From positions 1 through 64,000 of the forward strand of contig NW_013657651.1 of assembly GCF_000142905.1 (NCBI RefSeq): DNA of 64,000 nucleotides, in the 5' to 3' direction. The translations under genes and the position numbers were made by a program. This document shows, piece by piece, positions 22,101 through 33,060 of this stretch. Below the pieces are notes generated by a model, which did no database searches, was not told where the DNA came from, and saw only the letters and a program-made list of their open reading frames with translations. Position 1 is the first letter of the stretch. Each line of letters opens with the position of its first letter. The stretch is from Thecamonas trahens ATCC 50062 (taxonomy: Eukaryota > Protista > Apusomonadida).

Positions 22101-22220
22101 CGTGCCGGTGGAGGAGGTGATAGAGGCGGGCGACGCCGCGGCCGAAGGCCAGGTGACGGCTGCCGAAAGCATGAGCATGACCAAGAACCATACGGGTATA
22201 CCGGTGACGTGGTGGGTCAT
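19116..22220 (-). CDS. Signal-peptide membrane protein: BPI/LBP (TULIP)-like ectodomain plus two PqiA-like membrane domains
   Basis: Hydrophobic leader after MTHHVTG. Beta-rich N-region (VECAGDWHV..HLHGSGSYDL..SVSVEDCTAVV..VEFHGG) resembles the BPI N-domain. PqiA-type motifs: FTLKGSVQDFWDAKVYPPAILLAVFSGGWTYIK..MMGTWILVSIY and SLVLPLV..CSWSAVDVAVISL. Confidence 0.65.
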   Translation of the reverse strand: MTHHVTGIPVWFLVMLMLSAAVTWPSAAASPASITSSTGTAAVTTTASMASITTMTTAMEERRKMMVESMMKQCTTLQCWLDDLVVPLPPLTQTLDDLVTISLTKGECKGFVLGHLEVNVATEEGTTSLDVKVGALAVECAGDWHVQEDKFPHLHGSGSYDLAIGDGSRLDLAMGLHHMSANFPSSVSVEDCTAVVELAKVEFHGGVVADLMDFVIKLLHKQLQVELQFLLCSKVAPDLASKMSLALDHVADEVGTCVAERRATPPPPLPPPPPGGLINLRTNPVVALLDYVVNNVSTSVGLDALVDELTDDGYYAVDLNTTLAVALLDNTLNITIELGELALNGLDTWQQLDTLRPASWSPYVLSSSISADALAANISFCVAASATALAGDGVFTDCGVLSGRLAGATLDISTYVAIDAEFLSSLDTSQYLSPGNLLASVDAVSLESLWFNASFVDVVVYGLNGTAGSELNTAALETLRFLEYGFAASLPGTLDCVVVPLVEPEINHALASELKTLKAQYPQSGPQEQEEAFSHLAIVIALAFFVVASTTSLGWLAYVGKTAKDDDDLPLALALDVSPVVTSGLVVLIWANLACVINVSAGTVAFLFAFFDVGGREAHLPSLFSFTLKGSVQDFWDAKVYPPAILLAVFSGGWTYIKHSVLAGSLLLRPSWFPRRVRLLALHLTQMMGTWILVSIYSIYLVMITLHVKLIAPPGAPSGQTFTVDVAVEPTPLMYVEVATLCACLFFSHLVLKLHRNEARRHQLVTAGAISPAGVALVLNGAECGSPGSTPLGLARDSAVGPPLWRKASVGATVFVAVTSVVTLACVSIAAVVPLFSIELDGAIAYVLGVLEQPSSEEYSLYDVGEAFVRATHKSNFGIIVLQVLYYIASLVLPLVATLLAVVLWFVPLSLAWQRRLAVAVEVTCSWSAVDVAVISLVAGLAQLHTFIGFVVGPQCAALNPILNEYLSEPLKGNTVCLAADATLMPASYVLVAGAVAFVALSVVVFVHTHAHVLGPSVPASDDEPSSSGYHRLN

Positions 22221-22442
22221 GGTGAAGAGGGTTTGGCGTAGGTGGTGTGGGAGTGTGGGAGTGGGGGGTGGGGGGGGGGGGGGGGGTTGTCGGGAGAGGG
22301 GTGTGGCTGTGGTTGGTTGGCTCAAGTCTGGTACCGTCACGCGTGCCCGTTGTGGTCAGTCTGGCAGAGCAGAGTGTTCGGAGAGAGGAGGGGGGGGGGG
22401 AGGGGGGGGGCAGGGCTCCGATGGGAGGATACGGTGGGTAAA

Positions 22443-22591
22443 GGGAGGCGATGTGGTAAGTGAGGCGATGTGGTAAGGGAGGCGATGTGGTTAGGGAGGC
22501 GATGTGGTTAGGGAGGCGATGTGGTTAGGGAGGCGATGTGGTTAGGGAGGCGATGTGGTAAGGGAGGCGATGTGGTTAGGGAGGCGATGTG

Positions 22592-22595
<4 letters not shown>
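22443..22595. repeat. 17-bp minisatellite, 9 copies of GGGAGGCGATGTGGT(T/A)A
   Basis: Nine consecutive near-identical units starting at 22443. Confidence 0.95.

Positions 22596-22648
<53 letters not shown>
22595..22648. repeat. (GA)n microsatellite
   Basis: Directly visible. Confidence 0.95.
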
Positions 22649-22651
<3 letters not shown>

Positions 22652-23048
22652 GGGGAAGGGGGGGATATATCATGTCTTAGTATGTTGATGAGAATGGCAA
22701 AGGATCAAGAGGATGCAACACAAGCGTATGTACCTTCTCCAGAACCTTTTCCATCCCCTGCTACGATCACTCATGATCCGATGTCACCGATCTCTGTCGT
22801 CGCTACCCTCCCCCCCCCCCCCCCTCCCCCTCCCTCCCTCCCTCCCTTCCCCCTTAACCCAATCCGATCTCCCTCGTCAACCACATTCCGAGCCGCGTGA
22901 CCAACCTGAGCGTCCTGGCAGCCGATCATGGCTCCCTTGGCAGGGACACGAACACCGACGCAGCCAGCCGACATCGTGACTGACGGATACGAGGTAGACG
23001 ACGAGTGCAGGAGGTACACACCTCTTACAGAGACCACCACTTGCCAGT

Positions 23049-23283
23049 ATGGCAGCCACCCAGCAGACCATTCTTCATGTGGTGGTGGTTGGCTTCCATG
23101 TATGTGTATATGGGCGTAGCCTTGGTCGTGGCCTTGGCCGTGGCTGTCTCTCGGTCTGTCAGCGAAGGTTGAGGTGGTGGGGAGGAGGGAAGGTGATGTG
23201 GTGATGATGGGCAGGGAGCATTGTGTGGTACTCATGGTGGATGGGTATACATGTGTGTGTATGTATGTATGTGTGTATGTGTA

Positions 23284-23324
<41 letters not shown>

Positions 23325-25319
23325 ATATGTGTGTGTGTGTGTGATGATAACGTCGGTCGGGACGGTGCTGGTCTTGCTGTCGGCGATGGTGTTGGTCACG
23401 ATCATGACGGGTGCCCGGTTGCGGTGGTCGGTGGCCTAATCGGCGGCTAACAGCATCAACTCGGAAACCAAGTCGAGGCTGCTTACCCACCGCTGCCCAA
23501 CGATGAGCTTCCCGAGCCGTGGACCAACCTGCCATTCCTGGCCCTTCCGGACGGCTGCCACACATACACCACCGACGAGGTGTACTTTACGCTCCCAAGC
23601 CTCGAAGATCCGACAGGACGCGTCCATGGCGTTGCTTGCTTCCGCCAGGTGCGGACTGACGAGCTGCGTGCCGGTGGCATCGTGCTCGACGCGGCCACCA
23701 CCCGATCGCGGGTTCAGAAGGCGCTGGTTGTCCTTGCCCGCACCCCAGCCTACGACGCGCTGGCGAGCGACACCCGCATCCTTACCCGTGCCTACATGAC
23801 GCCTTCGCCCGACGCCTTTGCCGACGCCGCGCTGCTTCCGGCACTATACGAGAGCCTCTCGCGCAAGCTGGCCAGCGCGGGCCCGGCCGACGTCGCCGCC
23901 CTCTCGTCCGCCGACGGCGTCACCGGCGGCGTCCTTGCCGCCCTTGTTACCGCCCTCAAGCATTCGGTCCTACGGGTAGTCAAGGCGCTGATCCTCGAGG
24001 CCCGTGTAGTGGTCTTTTCGTCGCCAGCGCAACTTGCCTGCCGCGCCCTCGTCGCGCTGCGGAGTATCCTTGCGGCCACCTTTGACATGGGCGCTTACGC
24101 TGTCGGGCCGTACATTGTGCTGCAGAGCGTCGACACTGTGGCAAGTGCACCAGCGTTTGCAGTCGCCACCTCGAACGACCTCCTCACACGGCCGGACGTC
24201 CTTTCGGCGGCGCTCCTCGTGGATCTCAAAGCCGCGTCGTGCACTGTCCTTGGCGACAAGTGGAGCAAGGTGCTGAGCCCGACGCTTGATGACCTGCACT
24301 TTGCCGACTCGCTGGTCAAGGCCTGCGTTACCGCACTTCCTGGCGCCGAGGCCGAGCTGGAGGCCTGGCTTGCCTCGCAGCTCACCGGCTACGTTGCCGC
24401 GTTTGCAGCCACTGCGGCTGCGGCGCGCAAGCAGCGTCTCGACGTCGGCGACGACGGCGCGCTTGGCGTTGCCCCCTTTGGCCTCCCGTTTGCCCGGGCT
24501 TGGACCCGGACGCGAAACTACGGCGTTTGGGCAGACGCTGTCGACGCTGGCGACGTCGGCGCTGCCGGCGACGGTGCCGACCCGACCCACCCCTGCGCAG
24601 GCCAGGGCTCTGCCCTCGACTCGATTTCGCAAAAGATGGATGCCATGCGGGTCAAAGAGCGGCTGGCCAAGGTCTCTGCCACCGCATCGGCTGCTTTCGG
24701 TGCTGTCGGCTCCACGCTCGCTTCGATGCTGGACGACGACCCGCGCGCCGCAGACTCGCCCGTCCCGCGCGACTTGCACGAGCCGCCACCGCAGCTCAGC
24801 TCGGACATGGCTGCCGAGAGTGCCGCTGCCCCGCCCGCCGCCACCCCTTCTGCACCGTCCACCGCTGAGCCTTCACCTTCCCCTGCGCCCTCACCGTCCT
24901 CAACCCCATCCTCGGTCTGGGGCTTCTTCTCGGTCGTCTCTAAGCAGATCCGCAAGGCCACATCCGAGTTTTCCGCCGCCTTTGAGCCACCGCCGCGATC
25001 CGCCTCCAGCGTCAGCGATGGCGACGTGCCGTTGCCGTCGTCGGCCAATTCAAGCGCACCAGGGGATGTTGTCCCACCCGAAGCTGACGCCACCATAACC
25101 GACGGAACACACGCCGACACAACGCACACCGACGCAGAGCAAGCCGACGCAGCGCATGCCGGCCCCATCATCGCCAACGCAGCGCAGACCAGCCCCACCA
25201 TTGCCGACGCAGCGCAGGCCGGCGTCACCATCGCCGACGCCGCCATCGCTGACGCCGCCATCGCCGACGCCGCCATCGCTGACGCCGCCATCGCTGACGC
25301 AGCACACACCAACCTGTAA
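23049..25319 (+). CDS. AVL9: AVL9 (DENN-related) family protein; exons 23049-23099 and 23454-25319
   Basis: Exon 1 MAATQQTILHVVVVGFH|GTATGT ... GCTAACAG|HQLGNQVEAAYP..LPFLALPDGCH..VYFTL..GVACFRQ..TRSRVQKALVVL reproduces the AVL9 N-terminal signature in phase. Confidence 0.88.
23252..23342. repeat. (TG/TA)n microsatellite inside the AVL9 intron
   Basis: Directly visible. Confidence 0.9.
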
Positions 25320-25380
25320 CACCCCTTCCCACCCCACCACCCCACCCACCCCACCACCCACTCACACCCAACTCAACCAC

Positions 25381-26232
25381 ATGCTCCGACTCTACATCAC
25401 TTACGCCCTCGCATGGCTCCTTGTTGCCCAAGCCGCCAGCTTTGGCCATGTGGTGGTCCCAGCTGACTCGACGTCAACCCGCATCCTTGCTGCCGTCACC
25501 GCCGCCGTGGTGGTGAGCAACTACTACGGAGAGGTCCTCGGCCACAATCAGCTACCATACTCCAAGTTTGCGCCAGCAGGGGACTTTCCCTCTGCTCGCA
25601 TCGGTTGGGCCCTCATGTATGCCATCCCTGCTGCCGTATATCTCGCGCTGTACTGCTACGCGGGCGCGCCATCCTCGCTCTACCACCATCTCAATCTCCT
25701 TGTCATCCTCCTCCACTACGGGAAGCGAGTCTCAGAGTGCCTCTTCCTTCACAAGTACTCCAAGGCTCCGCTGACCTCATCCGTCTTTGGCATCGCCGCC
25801 TTTTACTCGCTCGGCTCGGTCGTCCATCACTTTCTGGTCAACATCTCCGTCGCCGTCGATGATGCTGCATCGCTCACGATCTACGCCGATCCGTCACGGT
25901 TCCACATCCCGGTCCTTGTTTATACTGCCGGTCAGCTCATCAACCTTGTCCACCACGCCATCCTGGCCAACCTGCGAAGCGAGGGCGAGACCAAGTACGT
26001 CGTCCCGCACGCCGGCCTCTTCTCCGTCGTCACTTGCCCACAATACTTTGGCGAGCTCATCGCCTGGTTCGGCATCGCCATGATCGCTCGCTCTCTCCTC
26101 GCCTACGCCTCCTGGTTCACCATGGTCGTCTACCTCTCCGGCCGCGCCCTCCAGACCCGCAACTGGTATCGCTCCAAGCTCCGCGACGACTTTCCCGCCG
26201 ATCGCGACTGCCTCGTCCCCTTTATCTTCTAA
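25381..26232 (+). CDS. 3-oxo-5-alpha-steroid 4-dehydrogenase / enoyl reductase family protein
   Basis: LHYGKRVSECLFLHKYS, HAILANLR, YVVPHAGLFSVVTCPQYFGELIAW, RALQTRNWY, LVPFIF. Confidence 0.88.
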   Translation: MLRLYITYALAWLLVAQAASFGHVVVPADSTSTRILAAVTAAVVVSNYYGEVLGHNQLPYSKFAPAGDFPSARIGWALMYAIPAAVYLALYCYAGAPSSLYHHLNLLVILLHYGKRVSECLFLHKYSKAPLTSSVFGIAAFYSLGSVVHHFLVNISVAVDDAASLTIYADPSRFHIPVLVYTAGQLINLVHHAILANLRSEGETKYVVPHAGLFSVVTCPQYFGELIAWFGIAMIARSLLAYASWFTMVVYLSGRALQTRNWYRSKLRDDFPADRDCLVPFIF

Positions 26233-26462
26233 TCTTCCACACATACACACACACACACACCACATACATACATCGCATACATACATCACATACATACACG
26301 CACATATACACAGCCTCGATCCGTCATGGATGGCTGTCGCATCCGTCATCCTTCATCACTCTGCCCGTCGTCCTCCCGCTCACCTTCCCCACCCCCCCAC
26401 CCCACCCCACCCCCACCCCCACCCCCACCCCCACCCCAACCCCACCCCACTCCACAGCATCT

Positions 26463-29400
26463 ATGCACCGACGAAGGTCGCGTGCCGCCCGAGCTATGGA
26501 GCCTCGGCTGGGGCGACCTCTGTCAGGCTCACGCAAGGGCCGCCGGCGTCGTGGCGGCTCGCGCAAGTCGTCGTCGTCGTCAAAGGCAGAGGCCGAGAGT
26601 CGCAACAATGTGGAGATTGGCCCGCCAGAGCTGCTCGAGGGCAAGCCGTCATCGACGTCTACCACCACCGCCATCGATGCCAATGACCCGACGCCCACTC
26701 CAAAGCCCGATGTCGTCTCACCAGACGATCCGATGCTTGCTGGCGTGCCCAAGTCGCTGCGGGAGACGCTCATGCCGTTCCAGGTACGTCACGGACAATG
26801 GCACTCGGTATTGATTCTACATGACACACATTTTTTACACCCCACCCCCACCCCCACCCCCCACCCCCCAACTCACTCCTCTACCATCTCAGCGCATCGG
26901 CGTCAAGTTTGGCATCCAACTTGGCGGGAGAGTGCTTATCGCCGACGAGATGGGCCTCGGCAAGACAATTCAGGCCATCGCACTCTCGACCAACTACGCC
27001 GGCGACTGGCCGGTCCTCGTCGTCGCGCCGTCGTCGATGCGCTTTGCATGGGCCGACGAGGTCGAAAAGTGGGTCCCCGGCCTCACTTCAGACCGCATCC
27101 ACGTTATCAAGTCTGGCAAAGATCTTGCTGGCGTGGCAAGCGCAGACTTTGTCATCACCACCTACGGCCTGCTTCTGCAGGACAAGCTAGCCGCCGCCAT
27201 CCATGCCCGCAAGTTCGGCGTCGTCATCGTCGACGAGTCGCACATGATCAAGTCACGGACCGCCAAGCGGACCAAGGCCCTGCTGCCCATTGCACAGGCC
27301 GCCGCCCGCTGCATCCTGCTCTCCGGCACGCCCTCGCTCGCACGCCCCGAAGAGCTCTACACTCAAGTCTCTGCCATCCGCCCGGGCATGTTCGGCTCGT
27401 TCTACACATACGCCCACCGCTACTGCGCCGCCCGCCGCGGCCGCTGGGGCCTCGACACCAAGGGCGCATCCAACCTCGACGAGCTCCACACCCGCCTCTC
27501 CAAGGTCATGATCCGCCGCCTCAAGTCGTCGGTCCTCACAGAGCTCCCCGCCAAGCGCCGCACCCGCATCGCCATTCCCATCCCGGCCGCCGCAAAGGCC
27601 AAGCTGGCCAAGCTCGAGAAGCTGCTCAACGACGCTGCACCCAACTGGGGTGGCTCCGGCGACGCCGCCGCGCCGGGCCCACCGGGCGCAGGACCCGAGG
27701 GCCTCTCCTTTGACTCGCGTCGCGTCTTTATGGACATGTACAAGCTCACCGGTGACGCCAAGATCGAGGGCACTGTTGCCTTTCTCACCGAGTCCATCCC
27801 TCCCTCGACAAAGGTCCTTGTCTTTGCGCACCACCTCGCCGTCCTCGATGGCATCGAGCGGTTCTGCGTCAAGGACAAGCGCAAGTACATCCGCATCGAC
27901 GGCGCCACCCCGCCGTCCGAGCGCCACCGCCAGGTCCAGGCCTTCCAGGCCGATCCGACCATCACCGTCGCCGTCCTCTCCATCACCGCCGCTTCGACAG
28001 GCATCACCCTCACGGCCGCCTCGACTGTCGTCTTTGCAGAGCTCTCGTGGACTCCAGGCATCATGGAGCAGGCCGAGGACCGCGCGCACCGCATCGGCCA
28101 GCCATCGTCCGTCTCTTGCTACTACCTCATCGCCAAAGGCACTTTAGACCCGCGCATGTGGCGCATGCTGTCCCGCAAAGTCCGCGTCGTCTCCGCTGCC
28201 CTCGATGGCGCCGCTGCCTCGCTCTCTGTCCCGGCCTCGGTCCGCGTCAAGGTCTCCATGCCCAAGCCCGAGGCGGGTGGAAGCGATGGCGACAACGCCA
28301 CCATTGACGCCGCTGGCTCTATCCCACTCCCGCCCTCATCCGCCGCCCTCCACTCTTCCCACGACCTCCGGTTCATGTTCCAGCGCTTGGCGGCGCCTCA
28401 GCCGGCCCCACAGACAGCCCCCGCTGGCCCTACCGTCATCGACCTCGCCTCGTCGTCGGCCTCGTCGTCAACGCTTGAGCTCGCCCTACCGCCGCCATCT
28501 GCCGGCCGGACATCCCCATCCGCCGCCACCACCGCCGCCGCCTCGTCAGCCTCCTCGGCCTATACATTTGCTTCGTCGTCCTCCACCGCTTCCTGTTCCG
28601 ACTCGGAAGCGGGCTTCCTGGAACGGTCCGGCCCGGCACCGCCGCGACCCATCAAGGTCCGCCTACCCAAGCCACCGCCTCCCCCGCTGCCTCCGGCACC
28701 CTCGACATTTTACTTTTCTATCTCACCGCACACCGGCCGCATCCAGGTCCTCGACGGTCTCAAGATCGCGCTCGGCGTCTCGCTCTTGCCCACCGCCTCT
28801 CTCACTGAGGTCAGCGCCCTGCTAAGCAACAACTCGCCGGCTGCGACCGAGACCCACGCCTTTCTCGCCCGATGGGCCACGCTCCGCCCGATCGAGCAGG
28901 CAGCTCTCGCCGGCCAAATAATCCAGGATCCGATTGCTGCCGCAGCTGCTGCCGCCGCCGCAGCAGCACCGACTGGCACCACCGACCGCTGGACCTCAAC
29001 GACGGCCCCGGCGTCATCCCCCTCCCCTCCTGAACCGACACTCCTGGACGCATTTGTTACGCGCTCGCCTGCAGCACCGCCGGCACCTACGCCTCTGCCC
29101 GCGCCCGCGCCCACCTCCGCGCCCACCTCCGCGCCCACAGCAGCTCCGGTCGATCCCAATCGCTGCGCCTTTTGCGAGACCGAGCGCAAGCTGCCCGACG
29201 CCGCCTTCTGCTCGACAAAGTGTCAGCGCGAGATGCAGGTTCGTGCGAGCTCCACCGCCGTCCGACAGCAGCTGTTCGAGCTCGAGCACGGGGTGTGCGT
29301 CAAGTGCGGCGTCGATGCGCACAAGGTCTACGCCGCCACCAAGGTCCTGCACCCGCACGATCGCGCCGCCCACATCCAGGCCTCGCCCTTTGCCAACTGT

Positions 29401-29757
29401 TCACTGGCAATGCGGCAGCGAATGGTCAACGAGCCGTCACCAGGCTTGTTTTGGCAGGCCGACCACATCGTGCCCGTGGTCGAGGGCGGCGGCCAGTGCT
29501 CGCTCTTCAACTACCGCACACTCTGCACTCCATGCCACGCCGCCGAGACGTCAGTGCTGCGCGACCGCCTCCGCCGTGCCCAGATGGCAGTAGCCTCGGC
29601 CGGCACGGCCGACATCCGCCACGCCTTTGCTGCTGAGCCTGCCGCGCCAAAGCGCCCACGCGAGCAGCCAGCCTCGTCGCCGTGCCTCCAGGGCATCGAC
29701 GCCTTTGCTCGGCCTAGCAAGCGCCGCCGCCCGCTCGTGGTCATCGACCTCGACTAA
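26463..29757 (+). CDS. ZRANB3: ZRANB3/AH2-like SNF2 annealing helicase with C-terminal HNH endonuclease; exons 26463-26783 and 26893-29757
   Basis: LMPFQ|RIGV across a GTACGT...CAG intron. ADEMGLGKT, DESH, LSGTP, QAEDRAHRIGQ. HNH motif WQADHIVPVVEGGGQC...RTLCTPCH. Confidence 0.9.
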
Positions 29758-31486
29758 ACGATGCGCCGTGCGCCGCCACCTTGCGCTGCAGCTGCTCAAT
29801 CCGTGCCCGCAGCTCGTGAGGCGCGACAAAGAACTCGGCGTACAGCGTCCGTGCCTCAGGGGCCGCCCCAAAGCTCTGCGCGTGGTCATGCGCAGCCTTT
29901 TCGCTCAGCACACGGGCCAGCGCATCGGAGAGCACGTCGATCTCTTCCTCGAGCTCGACTAGCGCAGCACGTGCCTCTCGTGCCACAGCTGCGTCCGCAA
30001 CCGCATCGGCCTCGCGCCCGACAGACTCGAGCGAGCTCCGCAGCGAGTCCAAAATCTGCCACTGACCCGCGGCGCTTGCTGCGCCCGCGGCGACGGTCTC
30101 CCGCAGCGTCCGTGCCCCCGCAACGACTGCGTCGTGCGAGTGCGGGTGGCCGGGTGCCACCACCTCGGCTACAGTCGCATACAGCGCTGACCGCGGCACC
30201 GGCACCGTGCGGAGGGTGGAGACTAGCTCGTCCTGCGCCCGCAAGTGCGCCGAGTCAAGCAGCGCCTCATGGCTCGCAAGAGCCTCGAGAAGCTCGCGGA
30301 TCTGAAGCTCCTCGGCAAGAAGTGCGGCGCGGACAACCTCGAGCCGGGAACTTTGATCAGCGACCCTGGCGGCGAGCTTGTCTTGCTCTTCGGCCATCAC
30401 CCGCAGCCGTGCAATCTTGGCGTCGTAGTTGCCATGGAGGACGGCGGCCTGTTCGCGCGCCAGCCGCCGAAAAAGCTGTGGGAGGACTGTGCCCTCGAGA
30501 TGCAGGATCCGCGCTTGAAGCTCGCGTTCCTCAACCCCACTCTTCGCCGCCGGCGCCGCAGCGTCTTCGCCCTCGAGCCCTGCAGAGAGGCACGCCAGCC
30601 GCGCTGCCTCGGTCGCCCGGTCAGCCGCCGCTGCCGCCCATCGACTCAGCGAGACCGGCAGCGCCTCGCGGATCCGCGCCAGCTCGGCCTGATCGTCCTC
30701 GTACCGCGCTGCCGCCACCGCTGCAGCCTCGACCTCGGCAGCCGTCGGCTCAGGCTGCGGCGGAGCATGTCGAGCTGCCACCTTGTCTGCTGTATGTGCC
30801 AGCGCAGCCGTAAACCCATCCTCGGCCGCCAGCACCCGTGCCAGGGACAGCTGTGGCAGCAATGGACCGCCACTTCGACTCGCCTCGGCACCTGTCCCCA
30901 GCAGCGCCGCTGCATCGTCTGCCAGCTGCTGGCCAGGCGGCGCGTACATGTCGACCACACCCGCCGCAGCGGCGACAGCGGCGTCTGACGCCACGTCCAG
31001 CCGAGCAATCCGCGACCTGGTCGCATCCAACTGGCCATCATTGGCCCCTGCCCGGGCCTCGGCCATCTCTGCCAGCGCGAGTGCTCTTCTCTCTGTCCTT
31101 GCCAGCATGGAGAACATCGCATGGCGCAGACCACCCGCCGACGATGCCACATCGACCGAGCCGCCCGAGGAGTTGAGCCCGTGTCCGACATCCTCGTCAT
31201 CGCCATCATCATCATCACCAGCATCGCCATGTCGACCATCCTTGCTGCGTCGAACCTGACTGACACTTCCGTCATGACCTTTGTCTCGGTCTCCGTCGTC
31301 GTTCTCTCCACCACTGGCAGCAATCGGTCTCAGCACAGCAGACGTGGCCCAGGCGAGGAGTGGGCCGAGTCGCGGGTCGGCACAGAGCGGAGCCAACTCG
31401 GCAGGACTGGCAGCTGGGCGCATGCCCGACCTGACCAGAGCAGCAGACAGCCGCTGGGCGTCGACAACTGTATTGGATTGGGGCAT
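29741..31486 (-). CDS. HAUS3: HAUS augmin-like complex subunit 3
   Basis: Coiled-coil protein with AVLHGNYDAKIARL..QDKL..QSSRLEVV..LLAE, matching the HAUS3 GDYxxKxxRQ block. Confidence 0.65.
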   Translation of the reverse strand: MPQSNTVVDAQRLSAALVRSGMRPAASPAELAPLCADPRLGPLLAWATSAVLRPIAASGGENDDGDRDKGHDGSVSQVRRSKDGRHGDAGDDDDGDDEDVGHGLNSSGGSVDVASSAGGLRHAMFSMLARTERRALALAEMAEARAGANDGQLDATRSRIARLDVASDAAVAAAAGVVDMYAPPGQQLADDAAALLGTGAEASRSGGPLLPQLSLARVLAAEDGFTAALAHTADKVAARHAPPQPEPTAAEVEAAAVAAARYEDDQAELARIREALPVSLSRWAAAAADRATEAARLACLSAGLEGEDAAAPAAKSGVEERELQARILHLEGTVLPQLFRRLAREQAAVLHGNYDAKIARLRVMAEEQDKLAARVADQSSRLEVVRAALLAEELQIRELLEALASHEALLDSAHLRAQDELVSTLRTVPVPRSALYATVAEVVAPGHPHSHDAVVAGARTLRETVAAGAASAAGQWQILDSLRSSLESVGREADAVADAAVAREARAALVELEEEIDVLSDALARVLSEKAAHDHAQSFGAAPEARTLYAEFFVAPHELRARIEQLQRKVAAHGASFSRGR

Positions 31487-31635
31487 GGTGAAGGGTGGGG
31501 TGGGGTGGGGGGAGTGGTGTGTGGTGGCAGGCAGCGGCATTGGTGGGCTGACAGTGGGCGGCGGGCGGCGGGCGGCGGGCGGAAGGGGACGGGGAGGGCT
31601 GCCTGCAGTGCATTTTGGCGAAGGAGACGTTTAGA

Positions 31636-32982
31636 TCAGGCGAACTCGCGGGTGGGGAAGAGAACAGGGGCCATGAGTGACCAGGCGTAGAGGGCGTGGG
31701 TGACCCACGAGGTGACAACCTTGACCCAGACGGCGGCGGAACCCGAGTTGACCCGGAGGCCCGACGAGGCGTTGTCAGCGTGCGAGAGCACCATCCAGTT
31801 GCTCAGCAGCATGCACATGTAAAAGGCGGCAAGCGCAAAGGTGAGGTGGAAGAACGAATAGTTGTAGGCGCAGGCGGCATCGACATCGTCGGCGCTGCCA
31901 GCCTCTTCATCCTTGGCCTTGGACTTGGCGGTAGCGTCAGTATTAGCGTCAGCGTCAGCGTCAGCGTCAGCGTCAGCGTTAGCGTCAGCATCGGCGTCCG
32001 AGGCCGCACCATCATAATCGTCAAGCAGAAGAACAGTGGTGTCGTCGTCGTTGTCGCCATCGCGGATAAAGAGGCCCTCGATGTCCGAGTCCGAGACCGA
32101 GAGGCGGATGGCCGAGTAGCAGACGGCAGCGATGGAGAAGAGGACGCCAAAATGAGCGACGACATCTGCGAGGCCGACGCGCCGGCGGGCTGCGGCGGCG
32201 CGTCCGACTTGAAGGTGCAGGCCGCGGCGTTCTCGGACATGATGGCCGAAAAGACGAGGTACGTCGAGTAACCGGCAATAACGCCGGCCTGCAGCAGACC
32301 CGAGTTGGGCGTCTTCTCGCGGACGGCGGGGAGGAGCGAGATAAAGGCGTTGGCGAGCGAGGCCAGGATGTTGACGGTGATGAAGAGCGAGTTGAGCGGG
32401 CACTGCGAGACGTAGAGCACGTACATGGCGATCGAGACGGCAAAGGTAAAGACAAAGAGCCCAAGCGTCGACGAGAGGTGGGCGCAGTACCAGCCGTTCG
32501 GGTCGTCGGCCTCCCACTTGTCGGCCCACGACTCGTTCCAAGAAGCAGCAAAGGTGATGAGCAGGAGAATCTGCAGGAGGAGGAAGAGCGTCGCCCCGGT
32601 AAAGGCGATCCACCCCAGGGCGGCAAGGCCATCATTAGGGATGGAGAAAAAGGCAAAGATGAGAAGGGCGACAAGAGCAAACTTGACGATCCAGAACGAG
32701 TTCTGCACCGAGGCCCTCGCCGAGTTCTTCTCCTTGACGCCGATAAGAATGCCAGCCATACCGAGATGGAAAGCCGCCAGCGCGGCCATGACCCGAGTCA
32801 CAGCTGACGCACCTCCCAGATGCCAAGGGAGGTTCTTGAGAACAGGAACAAAGGGCAGTACCACGGCTGCCCAGTTGGAGAGTACCCATGACACAAACGA
32901 GAGCACAAGGAAGAGTCCGAGGTATGTCACCCGTGACCGTGTCGACTTGGAGAGTGTGGCGCAGCAGCTGTGTGTTTTGGGC

Positions 32983-33060
<78 letters not shown>

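Noticed and set aside
22443-22595. CRISPR array or true telomere
   Set aside because: Units are contiguous with no unique spacers, there are no cas genes, the context is eukaryotic, and TTAGGG occurs only as part of a 17-mer at an internal position.
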